DNA of 63,296 bases, counting the filler. It is 11 parts of 11 records of this genome, joined end to end, with 100 filler letters (N's around TTAATTAATTAA, not from the genome) between each part and the next. Parts side by side here need not be neighbours in the genome. Positions count along the whole stretch, not along the records: positions 1 to 5,129 come from SRR31147125_124156; positions 5,230 to 12,014 come from SRR31147125_124271; 9 more parts are not named here. One strand, written 5' to 3'. The notes under the pieces are model-generated. The model searched no databases and was not told the DNA's origin. It worked only from the letters and a program-made list of their open reading frames with translations. Of the stretch, positions 1 to 10,513 are shown piece after piece. The first letter of the stretch is position 1. The number at the start of each line of letters is the position of its first letter. Both the position numbers and the translations under genes were made by a program.

Positions 1-45
1 CAAAGTTGCACGCTGAAAGGGGTCAATTTTCAACGCTGATTGACA
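1..45. mobile_element. Probable terminal inverted repeat of an IS21-family element (element lies off the contig edge)
   Basis: GGGGTCAATTTTCAACGCTGATTGACA ending in TGACA, with a repeated ACGCTGA sub-motif, resembles IS21-type ends; no transposase visible. Confidence 0.5.
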
Positions 46-148
46 GTTTAGCGGCTCATATCCCGAAAGCTGGCTTCCCAACTCCTCTCGTTTACTTTCA
101 ACCGTATCCCCGTACTGGACTGTGATCAGTTTCCCATCTTTCCTGAAG

Positions 149-445
149 CTATGGGGTCCTTTGGCGAGTCTTCTGAATGCAGTCGAGGTGATCTTCATTA
201 ATCCTGTTGCTCTTAGACCAACCCGCTACCTGACGGAAGAATTGATCCAACACAACGACCAGGTACAACCATCTTTCGTTCGCCCAGATATAGTTTAAGT
301 CAAAGTAATCAACGTGGTCAGCTTCTGAGGCTTCAACGTTCCTTTCCAGTGTGTTCGGTGCCACCGATACTGTCACCCTGAATGTAACAGTCAGGAATTG
401 ATCTATTTTGTAATCCCAGACAAAAGTTACAGTTTTGTGATGCAC
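149..445 (-). pseudogene. Degenerate IS3-family transposase (integrase core) fragment
   Basis: YIWANERWLYLVVVLDQFFRQVAGWS resembles the IS3 core DITYI..WLYLAVVLDLFSRxVVGWS; truncated and decayed. Confidence 0.7.
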
Positions 446-620
446 CCTTGCTGAAATTACAAAAATGAATGGAGTGAGTGGTGGATGTTTCCTTTGAGCG
501 TATGGGCGAGCACATTATCTGTTAATTTGTCCAGGAACAATTATATAAAACACCCTCATTTCAAACCCATAGTTAATTTTCCTCCCAAAAACACTTCGAT
601 CAGGTGTGATCAGGTCATAG

Positions 621-636
621 TGGCATGCTTCTTGGT
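621..636 (+). promoter_or_regulatory. Possible sigma54 (-24/-12) promoter upstream of ureD
   Basis: TGGCATGCTTCTTGGT vs consensus TGGCAC-N5-TTGCW; the -12 element is GG rather than GC. Confidence 0.3.
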
Positions 637-788
637 AGTTATTCCGAGGTTTCACATTGATCCGTGAGTGTTGTTCCGGGTATGGGCTCTATCTGGGACC
701 AATGAGCTGACGATGTAAGCGCTTCTGAACTTCTAATCATTGAGAAGTCGAATTTGGGCCAAAAGATCATTTTTCAAGGTAGCCTTAC

Positions 789-1628
789 ATGTTAGGTACC
801 ATCCCCACAAGTGCTGATGAGAAATGGCTCGCATCACTTGATTTTCAGATTTGTCGGAGGGCGGGGAAAAGTGTGGTAAGCAGATCCAGACAGGACGGGC
901 CGCTTACGATTCAATCCCCATTTTATCCGGAGGGTGATGTCTGCCATATTTACCTGCTTCATCCACCATCGGGGATTGTCGGTGGAGACTACCTGAAACT
1001 CGATGTTTCCCTTGTCGATAAGGGTGCCGCCCTTATCACTACTCCAGGGGCGACAAAGTTTTATCGTACAAACGGCCGGGTTGCACATCAACAGCAGGTG
1101 TTCAGCATAGAAAGTGATGCGTCACTGGAGTGGCTCCCACAGGAAACAATCTATTTCCCGGACGCTTATGCTCAGCTGAATACTGCAGTCCACCTTGAAG
1201 ACGGCGCACGGTTCCTGGGATGGGATATTCACTGTCTTGGGCTACCGGCGAATGATCTTGATTTTGGCGGGGGAAACGCACGAATCGGGTTGCAGATCTA
1301 TCGCGGAAAAGCCCCGGTTTTTATTGATGTGATGTATATATCTGAAGAAAAAAGAATCCGTGATTCCGCGTTATTGCGTGACTATCCGGTTACCGCCACA
1401 CTGGTCGCTACCGATGCTGACTCGAAACTGCTGGAGGGGCTCCGTGAGACGCTATCGTCTGGCCAGGAGGGGCTTTGGGCTGCAACTCTGATAGATGACC
1501 TGCTGGTTCTTCGGTATCTCGGAGCAAGTACCATCGAGGTACGAAAACTCTTTATCATGGCGTGGCGGTATTTGAGGCCGCATATTCTGGGACGGTGTGC
1601 AACCCTGCCGAGAATATGGGCAACCTAG
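789..1628 (+). CDS. ureD: Urease accessory protein UreD/UreH
   Basis: GPLTIQSPFYPE, YLLHPPSGIVGGD, TTPGATKFYR, LEWLPQETI, C-terminal PRIWAT; first gene of the urease cluster. Confidence 0.95.
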   Translation: MLGTIPTSADEKWLASLDFQICRRAGKSVVSRSRQDGPLTIQSPFYPEGDVCHIYLLHPPSGIVGGDYLKLDVSLVDKGAALITTPGATKFYRTNGRVAHQQQVFSIESDASLEWLPQETIYFPDAYAQLNTAVHLEDGARFLGWDIHCLGLPANDLDFGGGNARIGLQIYRGKAPVFIDVMYISEEKRIRDSALLRDYPVTATLVATDADSKLLEGLRETLSSGQEGLWAATLIDDLLVLRYLGASTIEVRKLFIMAWRYLRPHILGRCATLPRIWAT

Positions 1629-1700
1629 TGTTGTGGCTTCCCGGGAAGAGGCTGGAGGCTGTATTGGAAATCAGATTGGTTACAGGAGCTGGAGAAAGCA

Positions 1701-2003
1701 ATGAATTTAACGCCCAGGGAAAAAGATAAACTTTTATTGTTTACGGCGGCAATGCTGGCTGAAAGACGATTGGAGCGGGGAGTGAAGTTGAATCACCCTG
1801 AAGCCGTGGCTCTCATCAGTGGTACGATTCTCGAAGGTGCCCGTGATGGAAAGAGTGTTGAAGAACTCATGCATGAAGGACGTCAGGTTCTCACCAGGGA
1901 ACAGGTGATGGAAGGTGTGCCCGAAATGATTCATGACGTTCAGGTGGAGGCGACGTTTCCGGATGGAACCAAGCTTGTAACGGTTCACAATCCGATTGTA
2001 TAG
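1701..2003 (+). CDS. ureA: Urease gamma subunit
   Basis: [12 protein letters not shown]...[19 protein letters not shown], 100 aa. Confidence 0.98.
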   Translation: MNLTPREKDKLLLFTAAMLAERRLERGVKLNHPEAVALISGTILEGARDGKSVEELMHEGRQVLTREQVMEGVPEMIHDVQVEATFPDGTKLVTVHNPIV

Positions 2004-2023
2004 ACTGGTAAAAGGAGAGTGAC

Positions 2024-2335
2024 ATGATACCAGGAGAAATTATCTGTAAAGATGGGGAGATAGAGCTGAACAGCGGAAGGGAAACCGTGAACGTACGGGT
2101 TGCCAACACCGGGGACCGGCCGATACAGATTGGCTCCCATTTCCATTTTTACGAGGTCAACGAAGCACTGAGGTTTAATCGGGACACGGCAAAGGGATTT
2201 CGCCTGAATATCCCCGCGGGAACTGCCGTGCGGTTTGAACCAGGCCAGGAGCGCGAGGTTGAACTCGTCGCCTATGCGGGTAATCGCAGGGTGTTTGGTT
2301 TTAACGGAAAAGTAATGGGTCCTCTGGAGGGGTAG
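2024..2335 (+). CDS. ureB: Urease beta subunit
   Basis: [47 protein letters not shown]. Confidence 0.98.
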   Translation: MIPGEIICKDGEIELNSGRETVNVRVANTGDRPIQIGSHFHFYEVNEALRFNRDTAKGFRLNIPAGTAVRFEPGQEREVELVAYAGNRRVFGFNGKVMGPLEG

Positions 2336-2336
2336 T

Positions 2337-4040
2337 ATGGCGACTATTTCAAGACAGGCCTATGCTGAAATGTTCGGCCCCACCACCGGAGACAAGGTGC
2401 GGCTTGGTGATACAGAACTTTTTGCTGAGGTCGAGAGAGATTATACCGTATACGGTGATGAGGTTAAGTTCGGCGGCGGTAAGGTTATCCGTGACGGTAT
2501 GGGGCAATGTCAGGAGTGTGGGGATAAGGTTGTGGATGTGGTGGTTACCAACGCGACCATTATCGATCATAGCGGCATAATAAAAGCCGATATCGGCATC
2601 AAGGGCGGCCGTATTGTAGGAATCGGCAAGGCCGGCAACCCCGATGTGCAGCCGGATGTGGATATTCTCGTCGGTCCCGGCACCGAAGCAATCGCCGGTG
2701 AGGGTGCAATAGTTACAGCCGGCGGGATCGATTCGCATATTCATTTCATTTGTCCGCAGCAGATTGATGACGCGCTCATGTCCGGTGTTACGACCATGCT
2801 CGGCGGTGGTACCGGCCCTGCAACCGGGACAAACGCGACGACCTGCACCCCGGGGGCGTGGAATATCCATCGAATGCTGCAGGCTTCCGATGAACTGCCG
2901 ATGAATCTCGGCTATCTGGCCAAGGGGAATGGCTCTCTGACACCGGCGCTGGACGAACAGATTCTTGCAGGGGCAATGGGGCTGAAGCTTCATGAGGACT
3001 GGGGCACCACTCCTGCAGCCATAGACGCCTGCCTGAAAGTTGCGGATAATCGCGATGTGCAGGTCGCTATCCATACTGATACGCTCAATGAGTCCGGCTT
3101 TGTCGAAAATACCATCGAAGCGATCGCGGGGCGTACGATCCATACGTATCATACAGAAGGGGCCGGTGGGGGACATGCTCCGGATATTATAAAAGCCTGC
3201 GGTCTTGCCAACGTGCTGCCTTCCTCCACAAATCCGACCCGTCCCTACACCGTCAACACCGTCGCTGAGCATCTTGACATGTTGATGGTCTGCCATCATC
3301 TCGATTCCAAGATTGCGGAAGATGTGGCCTTTGCCGAATCGCGTATCCGCCGTGAGACTATTGCAGCGGAAGACATCCTCCATGATCTCGGCGCGTTTTC
3401 GATGATCGCTTCGGATTCCCAGGCCATGGGCCGGGTGGGGGAAGTGGTGATCAGAACCTGGCAGACAGCGCATAAAATGAAAGTGCAGCGGGGTGCGCTT
3501 ACCGAAGAGTCAGGTGAAAATGACAACCTTCGGATTCGCCGCTATATCGCTAAATACACGATAAATCCGGCAATCGCGCACGGTATTTCCCATGAAGTCG
3601 GTTCCGTTGAAGTAGGGAAACTTGCTGATCTGGTACTCTGGAAACCACAGTTTTTTGGTGCCAAACCGGACCTTGTCATTAAAGGGGGGATGATTGTTGC
3701 CGCCCCGATGGGGGATCCGAACGCTTCGATTCCTACTCCGCAGCCGGTACACTACCGTCCGATGTTCGGAGCATTTGGAGGAAGCCGTCATGCAACAAGC
3801 ATGACATTTGTTTCCAAGGCCGCTCTTGCCGCGGATATTGGGGCCCAACTCAGTCTCAGAAGTATGATCGGAGTGGCCAAAGGGTGTCGCTCTGTATGCA
3901 AGAAGGATATGATTTTAAATGATTATCAGCCGGTGATAGATGTGGATCCTCAAACCTATGAGGTGCGCGCGGACGGACAGTTGCTGGTCTGCGAGCCTGC
4001 CGAGGTACTGCCACTGGCCCAGCGCTATTTTCTGTTCTAG
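2337..4040 (+). CDS. ureC: Urease alpha (catalytic) subunit
   Basis: [59 protein letters not shown]; all Ni-ligand motifs intact. Confidence 0.99.
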   Translation: MATISRQAYAEMFGPTTGDKVRLGDTELFAEVERDYTVYGDEVKFGGGKVIRDGMGQCQECGDKVVDVVVTNATIIDHSGIIKADIGIKGGRIVGIGKAGNPDVQPDVDILVGPGTEAIAGEGAIVTAGGIDSHIHFICPQQIDDALMSGVTTMLGGGTGPATGTNATTCTPGAWNIHRMLQASDELPMNLGYLAKGNGSLTPALDEQILAGAMGLKLHEDWGTTPAAIDACLKVADNRDVQVAIHTDTLNESGFVENTIEAIAGRTIHTYHTEGAGGGHAPDIIKACGLANVLPSSTNPTRPYTVNTVAEHLDMLMVCHHLDSKIAEDVAFAESRIRRETIAAEDILHDLGAFSMIASDSQAMGRVGEVVIRTWQTAHKMKVQRGALTEESGENDNLRIRRYIAKYTINPAIAHGISHEVGSVEVGKLADLVLWKPQFFGAKPDLVIKGGMIVAAPMGDPNASIPTPQPVHYRPMFGAFGGSRHATSMTFVSKAALAADIGAQLSLRSMIGVAKGCRSVCKKDMILNDYQPVIDVDPQTYEVRADGQLLVCEPAEVLPLAQRYFLF

Positions 4041-4062
4041 ATCATAGGTGTGAGGGAGAGAG

Positions 4063-4524
4063 ATGATTGAGTTGACGGCAAAGACTGACCCAGGTTCTCA
4101 TGTCATTTTTACAACGTTGACCCTTCCGCTTGATTTACGACAGAAAAGCAGGCAGCGGGTAGAGCTGGATAATGGTGACGAGGCTGCGGTGATACTCAAG
4201 CGCGGAACGGTTCTTAACCATAATGACCTGCTGGTGTCGGCGGATGAGACGGTTGTACAGGTGAAGGCCGCCCCTGAACAGTTGTCGCTGGTTGAATGCA
4301 GGGAGCCGCTGCTGTTTGCCCGGGTCTGCTATCATCTTGGCAACCGGCATATTTCCCTGCAGATTGAGGATGGAAGACTGCACTATCTGCACGACCATGT
4401 TCTGGATGATCTGCTGCGTGGATTTGGCCTTGAAGTGACGGTTGTATCAGCACCTTTTGAGCCGGAACCGGGAGCATATGGCGGGCATGCAGACAGTGCA
4501 CGAAGTGGGCAGCATGGCCACTAG
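4063..4524 (+). CDS. ureE: Urease Ni chaperone UreE
   Basis: CYHLGNRH and PFEPEPGAYG motifs, short His-containing tail. Confidence 0.95.
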   Translation: MIELTAKTDPGSHVIFTTLTLPLDLRQKSRQRVELDNGDEAAVILKRGTVLNHNDLLVSADETVVQVKAAPEQLSLVECREPLLFARVCYHLGNRHISLQIEDGRLHYLHDHVLDDLLRGFGLEVTVVSAPFEPEPGAYGGHADSARSGQHGH

Positions 4525-5129
4525 CGACACTGGCAACCTTGTTGCGATGAGGCTGTTTCAGCTCGTCAGCCCCTCTTTGCCGACCGGTGCCTTTACCTAC
4601 TCACAGGGGCTTGAGTGGGCTATTGAGTGCGGCTGGATCAGGGACGACCGGAGCCTGCTTACATGGCTGGATTCACTTCTTTATTCGTCCTTTTCCGAGC
4701 TGGAACTACCTGTTCTTAAACGTCTTTATGAGGCGGTTGAGACAGACGATGTGGCAGATTTCACTTACTGGAGCAGCTATATTTGTGCCTGTCGCGAAAC
4801 ACGGGAGCTTCGCAGTGAGGAATGCAATCGAGGGCGGGCAATGGTGAAAATCATCAGGCAGCTGAATATCGCATTCGATGATGAGTGGCTGAGCCCTATG
4901 CAGAATTGCCAGCTTGCGGGATTTGTACTCGCGGCTTCCAAGTGGAACATTCCCTTAAAGAAAGCTGCACTTGGCTATGTCTGGAGTTGGCTTGAAAATA
5001 TGGTGATGGCGGCAGTGAAAACGATCCCGCTTGGACAATCGGCCGGGCAGCAGATCCTGGCGGAGCTGAGTGAAACGAGTGTCGATGCTGCTCTTGCCGG
5101 TATGAGCAGAACCGACAACGAGCTGGGGG
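4514..5129 (+). CDS. ureF: Urease accessory protein UreF (3' truncated by contig end)
   Basis: QLVSPSLPTGAFTYSQGLE, AAVKTIPLGQSAGQ; ATG at 4514 overlaps the ureE end. Confidence 0.93.
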
Positions 5130-5229
5130 NNNNNNNNNNNNNNNNNNNNNNNNNNNNNNNNNNNNNNNNNNNNTTAATTAATTAANNNNNNNNNNNNNNN
5201 NNNNNNNNNNNNNNNNNNNNNNNNNNNNN
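5130..5229. other. Artificial 100-bp contig spacer (N44-TTAATTAATTAA-N44); identical spacers at 12015-12114, 17772-17871, 23269-23368, 28604-28703, 35334-35433, 40911-41010, 46945-47044, 52802-52901, 58196-58295
   Basis: Identical N runs around a six-frame-stop linker; composition changes across spacers. Confidence 0.99.
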
Positions 5230-7434
5230 GAAGCCGCCGGCCGGGCCCTGCTCCTGCCTTCTTCCACTCTTCGCAAGCGGCAGCCCCTGTGGATGACGCG
5301 GCAGCGCTCCCGGGCCCTGATGGAAGCGGTGGCCGGTTATTCGGATTTTCCCATCATGGCCGAAGTATGGCGCACCTGCCTGGATGACGAATCTGACATG
5401 GAGGCCCTGGACGGCTTCCTCGCCGGGCTTCGGGATGGAGATATCGCCATCAGTGCCGTCCGCACTCCCGCTCCCAGCCCGTTCACTTCCGGGGTTGTCA
5501 GGCGGCGGCTGGGCCAGAGGATGACGGCGAATATGAGAGACCAGGCCGATTCCAGGCTGCGAAGCAGTCTGGAGGACAGGGAGATCCGGCGGCTGAGCCG
5601 GGCCGGCAGCCTGCGTCCCCGCATTCCCGCCGAACTGTCCACCCGGCTGGATGGCCGACGGCGACGGGTGGAAGCCGGCTACGCTCCGGGAAGCTTGGGC
5701 GCCCTGAAAGCCTGGATCGCCGAACGGGAAGCCTTCGATGAAGCCGACTGGAGGCAGACCCTGGAGGCGGCCGCCACCGAAACAGGCCGCCCTGTCGAGG
5801 AACTGGAGAACGCGGTATCGAACGCGGTCCGGACCGCCCTGGTGGGTCCGGGGAGCGCCTCCTGGCGGATCGCGGCGGAGGCCGCAGACGAATGGATCCG
5901 GGCCTTCGCTGCCGATAACGGAGAAATGCCATCCGACGCCGGCCTGGAAAATCCGGCGGCGGCCGCCGAACTGGCGGCTTTCTGGCTGGCCGGACGCGGG
6001 CCTGTACCGGTGACGACCCTGGTCCGGCGATTCGGCCTGAACGGATTTGAGACCGCCGCCGGGGACTTCCTCGCCGCCCTGGGCGACCTGGAGGACCGGG
6101 TGACGGTGGATGAAATCAGCGACAGCGGAACTCTCGAAGCCTGCGATGTCGAAGGCCTGGAGATACTTCTGCGATGGCGGCGGCGACGGCAGCGAAACGC
6201 CGACGAACCGCTGCCCATAATGAGTCTGGCGGGATTCCTGGCAGCCAGGCAGGGCCTGAACAGCGACGCTTCGGGAGAAGACGCCGTGTTGGAAGCCCTT
6301 GCCCGGCTGGAAGGCTACTCGCTGCCCGCCGCGGCATGGGAGCAGTCGGTCCTGCCGGTCCGGCTGGCGTCCTATCATCCCCGGGAACTGGATGCCCTGG
6401 CAGGACGCGAGGAGCTGATCTGGATCGGCAGCGGCAAGGGACAGACCTCCTGGTTGAGCGCCGAAGGAGGATGGCGATATCCGGCTCCTGAAACAGCCTG
6501 TTCCGGAGACAGCGCCGGGCCGACGGTTGAAGGTCCCTTTCCCGGTCCCGGCGATCCTCCGAAAGACTTCTGGTCGATTGCCGATGCTCTGGGGGGAGAC
6601 AGCGCTGAGGCCACCGAAGCCGTCTGGGCACGGGCCTGGTCGGGACAACTCACGACTTCGGACACGGCGGTGCTCCGCCGGGGTATCTCGGCGGGATTCA
6701 AGGCGTCGCCAACGGTGCGCTCCGGGCGCAGGATTCCCGGCGGCATCCGGGGTTGGGCAGCCGGACGTCCGATATCGGGACGCTGGTACACGCCTTCCTA
6801 CGCAGATCCTCCGGATGATCCAATGGCGTCGGACCTGCTGATGCGCGAAAGGGTGCGACTGCTGGCGGCACGATTCGGCATTCTCTCCCGGCCGCTTCTG
6901 GAACGGGAGATCCCACCCTGGCGTTGGGGAGCCCTCTCCCGGATCCTGGGGCTGATGGAACTGGGGGATGAGCTGATCGGCGGGCGATGGTTTGAAGAGT
7001 TGCCGATGCCGCAGTTCATGTTGCCCGAAGCCCTGCCGCTCTGGAAGGAAGGGGCGGTTCCCGGCAGGCCCTGGTGCCACGAGGCGATAGATCCTTCGTC
7101 AATCTGCGGTATAGCCGGCGGTCGGGAAATTCCGGATCGTCGGGCGGGCACCTGGCTGGGATGGGATACCGACGGACGACTCGAATGGGTGTATCGGCCC
7201 TCGGGAAAGAAACTGGAGTGGTTCGGCGGCGGAACCCCGGATTCGCTGCCCCTGATGTGCCGGATTCTTACCGGACGGGCCGTGGATCCCGGCAAGCGCC
7301 TGGTGGTATCCACCATTAACGGCGACGATCCGGAATCAAGCGGTTCTGAGGAGGTGCTGGAGGCCGCCGGATTCAGCCCCGCAGGGAACGGCGACTGGAT
7401 TCACCGAGCAGGTCCGGTGGGCATGAGGAACTGA
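5230..7434 (+). CDS. lhr: Lhr-family (large helicase-related) protein, C-terminal part (5' truncated)
   Basis: Frame open from the contig edge: EAAGRALLLP..RKRQPLWMTRQRS..DFPIMAEVWRTCL, TPAPSPF, WEQSVLPVRLASY, LLAARFGILSR, GRWFEELPMPQF are typical of the long Lhr C-terminal region. Confidence 0.85.
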   Translation, partial: EAAGRALLLPSSTLRKRQPLWMTRQRSRALMEAVAGYSDFPIMAEVWRTCLDDESDMEALDGFLAGLRDGDIAISAVRTPAPSPFTSGVVRRRLGQRMTANMRDQADSRLRSSLEDREIRRLSRAGSLRPRIPAELSTRLDGRRRRVEAGYAPGSLGALKAWIAEREAFDEADWRQTLEAAATETGRPVEELENAVSNAVRTALVGPGSASWRIAAEAADEWIRAFAADNGEMPSDAGLENPAAAAELAAFWLAGRGPVPVTTLVRRFGLNGFETAAGDFLAALGDLEDRVTVDEISDSGTLEACDVEGLEILLRWRRRRQRNADEPLPIMSLAGFLAARQGLNSDASGEDAVLEALARLEGYSLPAAAWEQSVLPVRLASYHPRELDALAGREELIWIGSGKGQTSWLSAEGGWRYPAPETACSGDSAGPTVEGPFPGPGDPPKDFWSIADALGGDSAEATEAVWARAWSGQLTTSDTAVLRRGISAGFKASPTVRSGRRIPGGIRGWAAGRPISGRWYTPSYADPPDDPMASDLLMRERVRLLAARFGILSRPLLEREIPPWRWGALSRILGLMELGDELIGGRWFEELPMPQFMLPEALPLWKEGAVPGRPWCHEAIDPSSICGIAGGREIPDRRAGTWLGWDTDGRLEWVYRPSGKKLEWFGGGTPDSLPLMCRILTGRAVDPGKRLVVSTINGDDPESSGSEEVLEAAGFSPAGNGDWIHRAGPVGMRN

Positions 7435-7465
7435 AGAAACCGGTGTGGTTGACGACGCTTGCGGA

Positions 7466-8890
7466 CTATTTCTCTTCTTTGGCCAGCCGGCGACTGACGG
7501 TCGCCTGATTCACGCCCAGCAGCCTGGAGGCCAGCGACTGATTCCCGTCGGCTTTGGCCAGGGCGGCATCGAAGACGATGTCGGTGACTTCCCTGACCGT
7601 GGGGAAATGGCCGAAGATTCGAACCAGTCCGTCGTAGTCCATGGAGAAATCCCCTGGAGCATTCTCGCTGACGACCGGCAGCTCGCCGCCGCTGCCGACG
7701 AGGTCCCGGAAGGGCGCCAGATTCAGAACGTTTCCGGTACTGCGGCTCAGGGCATCGAATACCAGGGAATGGAGCTCCCGGACATTGCCGGGAAACTCAT
7801 ACAGGTTCAGCATGGCTCTCATTTCATCTGGTATCCGGGGAAGACTCCGACCGAGTTCTTCGGCGGCTTCTTCCACGAAAGCCTCGGTGAGGAGCATCAG
7901 GTCCTCACGGCGTTCCCTTAAAGGAGGCAGCTGCACATGGTGGGCCATCAGGCGGAAGAACAGATCCCGCCGGAAGCTGCCGTCTTCAATCCTGGCAGAG
8001 AGGTCCACGCAGGTGGCGGCGATAATGCGGGCGTCGGTTGTCTCGGGCTCGTCGGCTCCCAGTGGAAGGTATTCCTTTTCCTGCAGCAGCCTGAGGAGCT
8101 TCACCTGCGACGACGGCGCCAGATCGCCGATTTCATCGAGGAACAGGGTGCCTCCCGCCGCTTTGTCCACAAGACCGGCCCGGTCGGTGGCTGCGTCGGT
8201 GAACGCTCCCTTTCGGTGACCGAACAGGGTATCGGAGAACAGGGCATCGTCCAGACCGGCGGCGTTCACGGTCACCAGTGATCCGCCGCGGCCGCTGGCA
8301 GTGTGGATCGCCCTGGCCAGGAGTTCCTTGCCGGTACCGCTCTCACCGGTCACCAGCACGGGCCGGTTGGTGGGAGCCACCGCTTCCACGTACTGAAAGA
8401 CGGAAATCATCGAATCCGAAGCCGTCACCAGTGCCGAGAAAGCCTCGGCATTCTCCAGGGAGTCCCGATGAAGAACCCGGTCCCCGAGGGCCGTCAGTTC
8501 GCTGTTGAGTTCCCGCCACTCAAGGGCCCTGCTGACCGCGGTGACCAGTCGGGTCTGATTGACCGGTTTGTTCAGGTAGTCGTAGGCCCCGGTCTTCATG
8601 CACCGGACGACGGTCTGAAGGTCGTCATCGCCGGAAATCATGATGATCGGCAATCCGGGATGGGATTCTACAGTCTGCTCCAGTACTTCCAGCCCGCCCA
8701 TACCGGGCATCACGATGTCTAGAAGCATCAGGCTGACGTTGTTGTCCTTCAGGAGATCAGCGACAAGACGACCGTCCTCGGATACGATCACCCGGCCTAT
8801 GTCGGCGTCGTTGAGTATGGTTTCATAGAGAGTCAGGGCAACCGGATCATCGTCAACGATCAGAATGCACTCCTGGTCCGTTTTCTTCAT
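7466..8890 (-). CDS. Sigma54-dependent NtrC/AtoC-family response regulator
   Basis: Receiver (ILIVDDD, LLDIVMPG), AAA+ (GESGTGKE, GAFTDA, LFLDEIGD, FPGNVREL), Fis HTH; start moved to ATG 8890 with GGAG RBS. Confidence 0.93.
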   Translation of the reverse strand: MKKTDQECILIVDDDPVALTLYETILNDADIGRVIVSEDGRLVADLLKDNNVSLMLLDIVMPGMGGLEVLEQTVESHPGLPIIMISGDDDLQTVVRCMKTGAYDYLNKPVNQTRLVTAVSRALEWRELNSELTALGDRVLHRDSLENAEAFSALVTASDSMISVFQYVEAVAPTNRPVLVTGESGTGKELLARAIHTASGRGGSLVTVNAAGLDDALFSDTLFGHRKGAFTDAATDRAGLVDKAAGGTLFLDEIGDLAPSSQVKLLRLLQEKEYLPLGADEPETTDARIIAATCVDLSARIEDGSFRRDLFFRLMAHHVQLPPLRERREDLMLLTEAFVEEAAEELGRSLPRIPDEMRAMLNLYEFPGNVRELHSLVFDALSRSTGNVLNLAPFRDLVGSGGELPVVSENAPGDFSMDYDGLVRIFGHFPTVREVTDIVFDAALAKADGNQSLASRLLGVNQATVSRRLAKEEK

Positions 8891-8960
8891 TGGAGTCTCC
8901 CGTTTCATTATCGGCAATTTCAATTGACCTCTGAGCCCGACAGTCGTCATCATGCGAACT

Positions 8961-10004
8961 ATGATCGATTTGCGTTCCGATACCGTAACCCGTCCATCGC
9001 CGGCCATGCGCCGGGCCATGGCCGAAGCCGAAGTGGGCGACGATGTCCTCCGTGAAGACCCCACCCTCATCGCCCTTGAAGAACGAGCCGCGAAACTCAC
9101 CGGCAAGGAATCGGCGCTGTTCACTCCCTCGGGCACCTTCGCCAACCAGCTGGCCCTGTTCACCTGGGCTCCCGGAGGCGGCGAGGTATACCTGAACGAA
9201 TCCTCCCATATCGTCCAGCATGAGGCAGGAGCCTCGGCGCATATCGGCGGCGCGTTCCTTCGTCCCTTCGTCCCCACCGAAACACCCTGGATCGAGTGGC
9301 CGGACGTATCGGCCAGGCTGAGGCCTGCCGAACGGGATCAGCATTTTCCGATACCATCGCTGGTCTGCCTGGAGAACGCCCTTTCGGACGGAACCGTCCA
9401 GCCGGTGGACAGCATGGCCCGGGTGAAAAAGGGCGCCGGTGAAGCGGGACTTCCGGTCCATACCGACGGCGCCCGAATCTTCAACGCCGCGGCGTCGCTG
9501 GGCAGGGATGTCCGGGACCTGACCGCTCAGACTGATTCGCTGATGTTCTGCCTGTCCAAGGGACTGGGAGCCCCGGTGGGCAGCCTTCTCTGCGGCCCGA
9601 AGGATTTCATCAATGAAGCGTTCTACAAGAGGAAAATCATGGGCGGTGGAATGAGGCAGGCCGGAATACTGGCCGCCGCCGGTCTGGTGGCCCTCGATGA
9701 AGAGCTGCCGAGACTCGCCGAAGATCACGAAAAAGCCGGTCAATTGGCCGCGGCCTTCGCATCGATGCCGGAAGTCTTCGATGTAATGACCCTGGAACCG
9801 GAGATCAACATGGTGTTCCTGAAGCTCAAGGACGGAGGAGCGGACCGTGAGGAGCTCTTCCTGACACTTCTGGCCGATGAGGATATCCTCACCTACGGCG
9901 CCGAAGGCGGCGTATTCCGCTTCGTCACCCACCGGGATGTGACCGGCGACGACGTGGACCGGATTGTCCTGGCCGTTCCCCGGATTGCGGAGAAACTCCG
10001 ATGA
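8961..10004 (+). CDS. ltaE: Low-specificity L-threonine aldolase
   Basis: IDLRSDTVTRP, VGDDV..EDPT, PSGTFANQ, HTDGARIFNA, CLSKGLGAPVGS, GGGMRQAG. Confidence 0.95.
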   Translation: MIDLRSDTVTRPSPAMRRAMAEAEVGDDVLREDPTLIALEERAAKLTGKESALFTPSGTFANQLALFTWAPGGGEVYLNESSHIVQHEAGASAHIGGAFLRPFVPTETPWIEWPDVSARLRPAERDQHFPIPSLVCLENALSDGTVQPVDSMARVKKGAGEAGLPVHTDGARIFNAAASLGRDVRDLTAQTDSLMFCLSKGLGAPVGSLLCGPKDFINEAFYKRKIMGGGMRQAGILAAAGLVALDEELPRLAEDHEKAGQLAAAFASMPEVFDVMTLEPEINMVFLKLKDGGADREELFLTLLADEDILTYGAEGGVFRFVTHRDVTGDDVDRIVLAVPRIAEKLR

Positions 10005-10513
10005 TTCCGATGGACATGTACCAGCTGTTTGTTGATCTCGACGGTGTCCTGGCGGATTTCGATACCGGCGTCCGTAGGGCTACGGGAAAAGATCCGGCGG
10101 AACTGCACCCCCGGAGCATGTGGCCCGTCCTGGCCCGTACTCCCGGATTCTATGACGCCCTGGACTGGATGCCCGACGGCAGGTCGCTCTGGGACTATGT
10201 CAGCGGCTTCTCGCCGGTGATCCTCACCGGGCTGCCGATGGGAAAATGGGCGGAACCGCAGAAACGGTCCTGGTGCGCGAGAGAGCTGGGGGCCGACATA
10301 CCGGTCATCACGGGGATGTCACGAAAGAAGGCGCAGCTGGCCGCTGAATGGCTCGAAGAACGGAACATGGACGAACGGATCCCTCTGCTGATCGACGACA
10401 GGTTGAAGCTGAAGGAAGCCTGGGAGGCCGAGGGCGGCGTATTCATCCTGCATCTGGATACCTCTGCCACCCTGGAACGACTGGCCGAGGAAGGTTTCCC
10501 CGCCCGTAACTAG
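10001..10513 (+). CDS. HAD-superfamily 5'(3')-nucleotidase-like protein
   Basis: DLDGVLADF motif I, ILTG motif II, LIDD motif IV; ATGA overlap with ltaE. Confidence 0.8.
   Translation: MIPMDMYQLFVDLDGVLADFDTGVRRATGKDPAELHPRSMWPVLARTPGFYDALDWMPDGRSLWDYVSGFSPVILTGLPMGKWAEPQKRSWCARELGADIPVITGMSRKKAQLAAEWLEERNMDERIPLLIDDRLKLKEAWEAEGGVFILHLDTSATLERLAEEGFPARN

Noticed and set aside
5182-7080. 632-aa minus-strand ORF and many other long overlapping ORFs in the GC-rich contig
   Set aside because: Antisense shadows of lhr, the response regulator and ltaE; Pro/Arg/Gly-rich with no motifs.
7466-8890. GAFTDA instead of GAFTGA in the enhancer-binding protein
   Set aside because: Common natural variant; not evidence of novelty.
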